Shown here in pieces: positions 9,581 to 16,498 of a stretch of DNA of 64,000 nucleotides (position 1 is its first letter; each line of letters starts with the position of its first letter). A program made the position numbers and the translations under genes. Source of the DNA: an uncultured archaeon (GTDB lineage: Archaea > Thermoproteota > EX4484-205 > JAAOZP01). Location of the stretch: contig CALIBN010000024.1 of the NCBI GenBank assembly GCA_938045545.1, positions 6,274 to 70,273 of the forward strand. Reading direction: 5' to 3'. The notes below the pieces were generated by a model. That model was not told the origin of the DNA, did not search any database, and worked only from the letters and a program-made list of their open reading frames with translations.

Positions 9581-11275
9581 CTAGCGCCGAGCCCCGTAGT
9601 CTTCACTGGTTTCTTTAGTAACCAGGTACTGCAGGTCGGTCTCAGGATCCTTAACCGGGATGATCCTTATTCCGCCGACCCTGCTCACCTTCTTCACGTT
9701 CTCCGGGTATTTCCCCCCGTGAAGGTGGAAGATTTTAACCCTGTGTCCTCTTTTAACGATCTGCTCTAGACAGGGAAGCGCCTCCTCAATGTTCTGCCAG
9801 CCGCAATCCGTTATAATGTTTATCAAAACCCTGTTCTCGCTCTCGGAGACGAGCCTCATGATCTCGTTTAGAGGAAGTATCGTCATTCCCCCGAAGTAGA
9901 GCGCTAAGGACAATTCCTTCTCAAGCGTCGAGCCCTGCCATTCTACAGAGTAGTAGTCTGTTGAGAAGGCTATTGAAGCTGTTTTCCCACCTATTCTCTC
10001 CACGGAAAGCAGGTTGATGAAGGCTGAGGTTGCAGCATTATGGATAACCTCCTGCATGCTTCTGCTGGCGTCTAAAACTATTAGGCTTGAGGGCACGTTG
10101 CTTACCGTCATGCTGCTCCCCTTCCCCTTAACCTCGCTCTGCCATTTCACCGTGTTTATTTCAATCCGCAGCCTTCCCTCGTCGAGGCTGGCCTCCAGAT
10201 CAAGGTCTTCAACCTCGTCCTCAATGTTCCAATCCATGGGGTAGCTGGATATTGCTAGATTCGGCTCAGGCCTCCTGCCCTCCTCAAGATATACGAGCAT
10301 CGTCCTCCTCGCCCTAGCCCTATACCAGCATACTTTCCAGAAGAGCTCTTCAACCATCTCGTTAGTCAACCCGGTGTACGGCTTGCTTACGCTCGTAGGC
10401 AGCCTGGGCTCCTGCCCGCCCTCAGGCTTAGCGCGGCGTATTCCCCCGGCTTCTCCCCTTCTGGTCTTTTTCCCACCCGCCGCTTTACCGCTTTTCCTAA
10501 TCGTCTTCTTAATCTCCTCAAGCTCAGAGTTCTTCAGCCTCGATTTAACCCAGTACTCGTAAAACCTTCTCGCCTCCTCGCTGTTTTTTATTCCCCCAAG
10601 CACCTCGTTAATCTTCTCAATAGTGTTCCTGCTCAAGTCCTCCCTTAAGGGGATGCTCGCGCCCGGGCCGGCAAGCTGCCTCGGTATTTCGGCTTTAACC
10701 CTGTTTAAAGAGAGGATGAGCGCCACCAGCCTCACTTTACTAAACCAGTTTCTTTCAGACCTCATAACCATGCTGATTTGCCTAGCCACGTTTTCAACGT
10801 TATAGTCGTATTCCCTATGGCTCTTTCTCAAGATGTGCCTGTAGGCTGCCTGAATATACCTTCCAACCCCCCTCTGCGAAGTGTTTAGAAACTGTTCGAC
10901 GTGATAAGGTGTTTCCCCGAACCTGCTTAAAAGGTAGAAGCAGTCAACGTTCAAGTCGGCGAACAGCAAGACTGAGAAATACGCGGTGCCCCAGTCCTTG
11001 CACGCACCGTAAGCCTCCTTCACCAGCTCGTAAGCCGTCCTAATGTCATACGGGCAGTAGTGCAGATGAGCAATCTCATGCCTGATGACGGACCTAAGAT
11101 ATTTTTCACCGTCAACCTTCTTCGGAACCGCCTCCGGAGAAATATGTACTTTTGAATCCACCACGAAAAAGGGTTTGCCACCTTCACCGTCATGCTTCAC
11201 TTCCAGTTCGCACGGTGGGAAATAGAGTTCACTCCTAACCTGCGCGAAAATCCTTCTTACTTCTTCATCGTCCAT
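9581..11275 (-). CDS. vWA-domain protein with N-terminal HExxH metallopeptidase-like domain
   Basis: RHEIAHLH; MIDAS DASRSM, GMT, ITDCG. Confidence 0.75.
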   Translation of the reverse strand: MDDEEVRRIFAQVRSELYFPPCELEVKHDGEGGKPFFVVDSKVHISPEAVPKKVDGEKYLRSVIRHEIAHLHYCPYDIRTAYELVKEAYGACKDWGTAYFSVLLFADLNVDCFYLLSRFGETPYHVEQFLNTSQRGVGRYIQAAYRHILRKSHREYDYNVENVARQISMVMRSERNWFSKVRLVALILSLNRVKAEIPRQLAGPGASIPLREDLSRNTIEKINEVLGGIKNSEEARRFYEYWVKSRLKNSELEEIKKTIRKSGKAAGGKKTRRGEAGGIRRAKPEGGQEPRLPTSVSKPYTGLTNEMVEELFWKVCWYRARARRTMLVYLEEGRRPEPNLAISSYPMDWNIEDEVEDLDLEASLDEGRLRIEINTVKWQSEVKGKGSSMTVSNVPSSLIVLDASRSMQEVIHNAATSAFINLLSVERIGGKTASIAFSTDYYSVEWQGSTLEKELSLALYFGGMTILPLNEIMRLVSESENRVLINIITDCGWQNIEEALPCLEQIVKRGHRVKIFHLHGGKYPENVKKVSRVGGIRIIPVKDPETDLQYLVTKETSEDYGARR

Positions 11276-11277
11276 CT

Positions 11278-12498
11278 CTATTCGAGCCCGAGGCCCACCT
11301 TCAAGGTTTCCTCCCGGCTGATCCTGCCTTCCCTAACCCATTTCTCCTCTAGGGAAAACAGCTCCTCGGCGAAAACATTATCCTCAGCAGCTATTTCTTT
11401 AGCGGTCCTATATAGGCCTGGGCTGAAACCGTTGTAAAGCTCGTTCAGGATGAACCATTGTTTCCTGGATTCTCGTTCAAACATTCTCTCCCTCTCCCTT
11501 TCAAGCAACTCGCTGATTTCCTTCAAGGGTTTCTCAGGGTTTAGGAAGCCTGTCCTATGTATGAGAACCCATTTAGCCATCTCGATCACATCCTTCTCCT
11601 CAACCTTTCCCTCAAGCCACTTCTTAGCCTTGACGAGTTGAAGCAGGATGAGGGTTGCCCTCTCGCTCGGAGGCTCCTTAACCCTGCTGCAGACGAACCT
11701 GGTGAAATGGCAGCCCTCGCACAGGACTGGAAGGGGGACGCTGCTATGCTCCTTACCCCTGACGCACACTTGAAAGTCTCTGACGAGCGTGTTTATGAAG
11801 CCGATTAAACCTGGTTCAACCCCGGTTTCCTCAACCTCCCTCCTTATCTCCGCCAGGTCCCCCGGCTCCATGACGCGCGGCATGGATTTTATCAAATCGT
11901 AGCCGTAATCATTGTTCAACTCTTGGAGAGCGAATTTTTGGCTCACCGTGAGCGAACTCAGGTAGAGAGCAATGTCAAACCTGTCGTAGAACGGCGGAGG
12001 CTGTATGAAAGTCGTCACGTCACCCGGGTTCTCGTTAGCTATGAGAGTATAGTCTTCAACAGTATACTTCTGCCCGTAGGCCCATACTTCTCCGAACTGC
12101 ATCAAATGATGAATGTTCGCAGTAGTGTAGGGGTTAAGCCTGTTCACCTCATCTATCCCCTTGCCCTGGGCCCGTACGAACTTAGCCCAGAGGACTTTCT
12201 CCCTGCCCTTCTTCTCAAGCGAAGGAATATGGAGTCTTCCAACAACCTCCCCTCTCTTCACCTCGGAGGCTCCTGAAATGACGACAAACTCGTCTCCGAA
12301 GAGGCCTTTCAAAACAAGCAGCATCAGCGTGGACTTGCCTGTTCCCCTGGGCGCCCTTATCAGCGTTGTGGACTTCCTGTGAAGCAGGTTCAGCAAAAGT
12401 ATTGAGATTACCTCCTCGTTGCCGATGAACCTTTTAGAAAGCTCTTCTCTCAGCCTTTCCACGAGAGGCCTCTTGCTACTCACGCTAACCATCCCCAT
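11278..12498 (-). CDS. MoxR-family AAA+ ATPase
   Basis: FIGNEE, APRGTGKS Walker A, IDEVNR Walker B, ANENP, YDRFD. Confidence 0.85.
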   Translation of the reverse strand: MGMVSVSSKRPLVERLREELSKRFIGNEEVISILLLNLLHRKSTTLIRAPRGTGKSTLMLLVLKGLFGDEFVVISGASEVKRGEVVGRLHIPSLEKKGREKVLWAKFVRAQGKGIDEVNRLNPYTTANIHHLMQFGEVWAYGQKYTVEDYTLIANENPGDVTTFIQPPPFYDRFDIALYLSSLTVSQKFALQELNNDYGYDLIKSMPRVMEPGDLAEIRREVEETGVEPGLIGFINTLVRDFQVCVRGKEHSSVPLPVLCEGCHFTRFVCSRVKEPPSERATLILLQLVKAKKWLEGKVEEKDVIEMAKWVLIHRTGFLNPEKPLKEISELLERERERMFERESRKQWFILNELYNGFSPGLYRTAKEIAAEDNVFAEELFSLEEKWVREGRISREETLKVGLGLE

Positions 12499-12794
12499 GC
12501 GGCCGCTGCCAGGGAAACAATTAGGAGTAAAAGCAGTATTCTAAGCCTCAGCATGAGGCTTTTAATCCTCCTCTCCATCCAGTTAATCCTGTCGAGGATG
12601 TCGAAAGCAGTACTCCTGTCGAGATAAATGTAGTCTCCAGAAGTCTTGTTCGAATACGCGAACTCCAGGAACCCTGTGAAAGAATACTTGTCTCTCTTAA
12701 CCTCTTCATCCCAGGAGATCCTCTGCCCCTGCCTCTCAACCTTAATGTTGGTGGACTTCTCCTCTAAAAACTTTCTGAAACTTCTGCTCTCCAA
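12480..12794 (-). CDS. Small tail-anchored membrane protein
   Basis: C-terminal hydrophobic helix; overlaps MoxR start, first gene of the operon. Confidence 0.6.
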   Translation of the reverse strand: MESRSFRKFLEEKSTNIKVERQGQRISWDEEVKRDKYSFTGFLEFAYSNKTSGDYIYLDRSTAFDILDRINWMERRIKSLMLRLRILLLLLIVSLAAAAWGWLA

Positions 12795-12801
12795 GCTGCA
12801 T

Positions 12802-12819
12802 AACCATCGTGCGATGGTT
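12802..12819. promoter_or_regulatory. Perfect palindrome AACCATCG-TG-CGATGGTT, candidate operator
   Basis: Lies between a TATA-like tract and the TTG start of the MoxR operon, in the divergent region shared with hmgA. Confidence 0.45.
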
Positions 12820-12904
12820 TTTTAAGCATTATCCTGTTTTTTAAGGCTTGAGAAGCCCCAGCTTACGTTTGAAAACGTTTTTAACTTAGCCAAAAGGGTA
12901 AACG

Positions 12905-14176
12905 GTGATGAGAACATCCAGAATACCGGGCTTCTACAATTTAAGCGTGGCGGAGAGGCTGAGCAGGATAGTAGAGTACGCCGGGCTGACGGAGGAGGAG
13001 GCTAAACTCCTCTCGAAAGAGGGCAATCTAAGCCTAGAGACCGCTGACAGAATGGTTGAAAACGTGATTGGGACAATGGCTTACCCCTTCTCTGTTGCAC
13101 TCAACTTCCTCATAGATGGTAAAGAGTATATCGTCCCCATGGTTATAGAGGAAACCTCCGTCGTAGCGGCCGCCAGCAACGCTGCTAAAATGACTAGGGC
13201 GAAAGGAGGGATATTCACGGACGCCACAGAGCCCATCATGATAGGGCAGGTGCAACTGACTGGAGTAACCAACCCCCTCACGGCTAAAATGAAGATCCTT
13301 GAACACAGGGACGAAATATTGAAGCTTGCCAACGATCAGGATCCTGTTCTCGTAAAGCTCGGCGGAGGCGCTAGAGATGTTGAAGTTAGAGTGGTGGATA
13401 GTAACGTGGGCCCAATGGTGATAACGCATCTCCTAGTTGACGTTAGGGATGCGATGGGGGCGAACGCTGTCAACACTATGTGCGAAGCCGTAGCACCCCT
13501 GATAGAGAAAATAACCGGTGGAAAAGTATATTTGAGGATAATATCGAACCTTGCCGATAGAAGACTCGTAAGGGCTAGAGCGACGGTTGCCAAAGAGGAG
13601 GTCGGCGGCGAGGAGGGTGTCGACGCAATAGTGAAAGCATGGGCTTTCGCAGCAAGCGACCCCTATAGATGCTCAACACATAATAAGGGGATTATGAACG
13701 GTGTCATTGCAGTTGCTCTGGCTACTGGGCAGGACCATCGAGCTATAGAGGCGGGTGCCCACGCTTTCGCTGCAAGGACGGGCAAATACCTGCCTTTAAC
13801 CGTCTGGGAAAAGGATGAGAATGGCGATCTCGCTGGAACGCTGGAGATGCCCATGGCGGTTGGCTTAATAGGCGGGGCAACTAAAACTCACCCTATAGCG
13901 AGGATCGCGATTAAAATCCTTGGCGTTAAAACCGCGACGGAATTGGCGAGAGTGATGGGCGCCGTAGGTCTAGCTCAGAATCTTGCAGCCCTTAGAGCGT
14001 TGGCGCTCGAGGGGATTCAAGCAGGCCATATGAGGCTTCACGCGCGTAACATAGCGATTATGGCGGGTGCCACGGGAGACCTGATTGAGAAGGTCGCTGA
14101 GCAGATGATTAAGGAAAGGAAGATAAGGTTCGATAGGGCCCAGGAGCTCGTCAAGGAATTCACGGAGAAGAAGTGA
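12905..14176 (+). CDS. hmgA: Class II HMG-CoA reductase
   Basis: ENVIG, EETSVVAA, DAMGAN, THNKGIMNG, GIQAGHMRLHARN. Confidence 0.95.
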   Translation: MMRTSRIPGFYNLSVAERLSRIVEYAGLTEEEAKLLSKEGNLSLETADRMVENVIGTMAYPFSVALNFLIDGKEYIVPMVIEETSVVAAASNAAKMTRAKGGIFTDATEPIMIGQVQLTGVTNPLTAKMKILEHRDEILKLANDQDPVLVKLGGGARDVEVRVVDSNVGPMVITHLLVDVRDAMGANAVNTMCEAVAPLIEKITGGKVYLRIISNLADRRLVRARATVAKEEVGGEEGVDAIVKAWAFAASDPYRCSTHNKGIMNGVIAVALATGQDHRAIEAGAHAFAARTGKYLPLTVWEKDENGDLAGTLEMPMAVGLIGGATKTHPIARIAIKILGVKTATELARVMGAVGLAQNLAALRALALEGIQAGHMRLHARNIAIMAGATGDLIEKVAEQMIKERKIRFDRAQELVKEFTEKK

Positions 14177-14258
14177 CATCCCCATGCTAGGGTTCCCGGT
14201 TCGTCGCCCTGTGGGTTCATCCTACCGGGTTATGGGCTGTGTCAACTCAGCCCCTGCC
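14174..14258 (-). ncRNA. TnpB omega-RNA scaffold / right end, copy 2 (predicted guide CTTCTTCTCCGTGAATTCC)
   Basis: Near-identical to 9492-9577; TGACA/TGTCA pseudoknot; overlaps the tnpB 3' end. Confidence 0.8.
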
Positions 14259-15265
14259 ATCCACATGTAGCGGATGGCTCGCTTCATTATGTTCATCGCT
14301 CCGTTGTAGTCTGCGTTGCATGAGTAGTTGCAGCTCTGGCATTTGAAGAGGCTTCCTTTGCGAGTTCCTCTATTTCCGCATTTATGGCATAGCTTCGAAG
14401 TGTTCTTCTCATTTACTTTTATTACTTTGATCCCGAGCCATCTAGCCTTGTACTCTATGAGCTTGCTGAGCTTGCGATAGGGGAATCCATTTAGTTTCCT
14501 GTTGAACCTCTTGCCCCTATCGCCATCCCTGATCCCCTTTAAGTTCCCCATTGCGATCATCGCATCCGTCTCCAAGGCCTCGTCCACTATCCTCCTGCTT
14601 ATCTTATGCAGAATATCGTTCACCATCCTTCTTTCCCTATCTCCAATTTTCTTGATCGCGCCGTATGCCCTCTTCATGGCGAGGCTTCTTCTTAGGTAAA
14701 AGAAGCGTCCCCTGACCCTCCTCAGCTCCCTGCCGTAAAACTTTGGGACCGGGTTGCTGGAATTGACTGTCGTAGCGACCCACCTTATCCCCATATCTAT
14801 GGCCAAGACATTCTTCGGGATCCTCTTCTCAACTTTCTTCTCAACGCAAATGTGGATGAACCACTCGTTGCCCCTGCGAATCACCTTGGCCTCCTTAAGC
14901 CCCATATCGCCCGTTATGGGCTCATGAGTCCTAATCGGAACCCTTATCCCTCCCCAAACGCCGTAGACGGGTATCTTAAGCAAGTAGGGGCTTTGCTCGA
15001 TTTCAATTCGGTAGGTGTCGTTCCTCAGCATTAGCGGATACTCCCCCTCCTTCAGCTTCCCGTTCAGCCTCCTCAGAAACCTCTCCGCGGCTTGCTTCGT
15101 GGCAGAGTATACCATAGCGGATTTCTCTCCCCTCAGGTAGCGCTGGAAGCTCTCGTACTCGCGCCTAAGGAGTTCCTCTTCCTCCCTCTTAAGCTCAAGT
15201 ATCTTCGCCTTTATAGTCTTCCTAGCTGTAACATAGTTACTTTTCTCTGATTCTGAAAAAGACAT
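14222..15265 (-). CDS. tnpB: TnpB RNA-guided endonuclease with rearranged RuvC-II
   Basis: LAIDMG (RuvC-I), AMGNL plus VNEKNTS (relocated Glu), CHKC/CQSC zinc ribbon, NADYNGAMNI (RuvC-III); SD AGGAGGTGG. Confidence 0.92.
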   Translation of the reverse strand: MSFSESEKSNYVTARKTIKAKILELKREEEELLRREYESFQRYLRGEKSAMVYSATKQAAERFLRRLNGKLKEGEYPLMLRNDTYRIEIEQSPYLLKIPVYGVWGGIRVPIRTHEPITGDMGLKEAKVIRRGNEWFIHICVEKKVEKRIPKNVLAIDMGIRWVATTVNSSNPVPKFYGRELRRVRGRFFYLRRSLAMKRAYGAIKKIGDRERRMVNDILHKISRRIVDEALETDAMIAMGNLKGIRDGDRGKRFNRKLNGFPYRKLSKLIEYKARWLGIKVIKVNEKNTSKLCHKCGNRGTRKGSLFKCQSCNYSCNADYNGAMNIMKRAIRYMWMAGAELTQPITR

Positions 15266-15279
15266 TTAGCACCACCTCC

Positions 15280-15430
15280 TGGGAGCCGGAGCGATAGCCC
15301 TGGCTAACGCTGATACTTAGCGAAAGCCACGCTGGGCCTATACCCGATTAAAAGCGGGTTCCAGCCACTACAAAGCAGGCTAAGAGGTTCTTTCTAAAAC
15401 TCCCTGTTTCATGCTCCTCCGCAGCTCCCA
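15280..15430 (-). ncRNA. Conserved ~150-nt structured 5' leader upstream of tnpB
   Basis: Closing stem TGGGAGC/GCTCCCA; begins ~26 nt after TATATA (15453-15458); compensatory changes against the copy at 61099-61250. Confidence 0.65.
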
Positions 15431-15466
15431 ATTATGTTAAACAGATGGGAGGTATATAGATATTCT

Positions 15467-15510
15467 GATGGCATATGGATGTCACTCGGATGGAACACGG
15501 ATGACACACG
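15467..15510 (+). repeat. Array A: four 11-bp tandem repeats, consensus GATGNMACACG
   Basis: GATGGCATATG GATGTCACTCG GATGGAACACG GATGACACACG. Confidence 0.85.
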
Positions 15511-15589
15511 GCCGCCTTTTTAAATATGCGGAGGGGGCGTTGCAACGGAGTAAAGCATTTCTACCTCTCCGAATGTTAAAAGTAGGCAA

Positions 15590-16390
15590 ATGGGGATGCT
15601 GGGACACGTAGTGAGGCTGTTTTCCGCTGTAATCATTGGACTGCTGTTTTCATACCTCGTTTATCGGGCCTTGACCACTCTAGATAGTTTCCTAGCATCG
15701 ATCCTCTCTCTCGGCCTCATGATGAGCATGCCCCTCACGCTAATCCTGGTTTTCTACAACAGGCTTCGCTGGGGAGCATTTTTCTTCGTGGCCGTCTGGC
15801 TCCTCTACGCCTCAGCGGTATGGCTCTACATGCTGGCCGGCTTTTTCACAACAGTCTTTCATGGACAGGCTTGGATACCCGTTTTCATATTAAGCATCGG
15901 CGGAATAGCCTTTCTCTTAGTTGTTCTCAGGAGGAGAGGGATAGGCCTCCCGCAGGTATTTCAAGGGAAAGGGGAGAGCTTGAAAGGTGTTAAAGAGATT
16001 CAGGAGGTTGCTGAGGAGCCCGTAGAAGGGGTCGTTGAGCCCGAGCCCCAAGAGGAGCCGGATTTCTCCCGAACCATGGAACTCCTGGATGAGGCCCACT
16101 GCAGGATCCTTGAAACCCTATTGGAGTCGGGCAGCCCGTATTCGAAGAAGGAGTTAGCCAAGGCTATTGGGGCAACATACAGAAGGGTTCTTAGGGCGGT
16201 CGAGGAGCTTGAGAAGCTTGGGCTCGTCGAGGTTAAGGAAGCACCGAGGAGTGCGAGGGGCTCCTCCGTAGTTCATGCCGTCAAGCTATCCCCAGCTGTA
16301 TCTAGGAGGAGCGAGCTGGCCAAGGAGATGGTTAAGAGGAGGATGGAGGAGCTCGGGGCGGTTAAGGGCAGGGCTAAAACAAGCGCATAA
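15590..16390 (+). CDS. Membrane-anchored winged-helix DNA-binding protein
   Basis: About four N-terminal TM helices, acidic linker, C-terminal wHTH (RILETLL...SKKELAKAIG.TYRRVLRAVEELEKLGLVEV). Confidence 0.8.
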   Translation: MGMLGHVVRLFSAVIIGLLFSYLVYRALTTLDSFLASILSLGLMMSMPLTLILVFYNRLRWGAFFFVAVWLLYASAVWLYMLAGFFTTVFHGQAWIPVFILSIGGIAFLLVVLRRRGIGLPQVFQGKGESLKGVKEIQEVAEEPVEGVVEPEPQEEPDFSRTMELLDEAHCRILETLLESGSPYSKKELAKAIGATYRRVLRAVEELEKLGLVEVKEAPRSARGSSVVHAVKLSPAVSRRSELAKEMVKRRMEELGAVKGRAKTSA

Positions 16391-16404
16391 AACCCATCGT
16401 TTGC

Positions 16405-16459
16405 CGTGTGTTATCCGTATGACATCCGTGTTCCATCTGAGTGCCATCCGTGTTACATC
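16405..16459 (-). repeat. Array B: five 11-bp repeats, inverted relative to array A
   Basis: Minus strand GATGTAACACG GATGGCACTCA GATGGAACACG GATGTCATACG GATAACACACG. Confidence 0.85.
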
Positions 16460-16498
16460 GGGATGCTTATGAATGGGGATATCGATGATTGAACGGAA

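Noticed and set aside
14222-15265. TnpB as a nuclease-dead TldR-like regulator
   Set aside because: The missing RuvC-II Glu is plausibly replaced by the relocated Glu in VNEKNTS, and both Asp residues are intact
8484-15265. Composite transposon carrying vWA-MoxR-hmgA
   Set aside because: Both right ends point inward, so the segment is not bounded by a left/right pair
15467-16459. 11-bp repeats as a CRISPR or TIGR-like guide array
   Set aside because: Units are contiguous 11-mers with no unique spacers or box C/D motifs, and they lie upstream of TATA boxes
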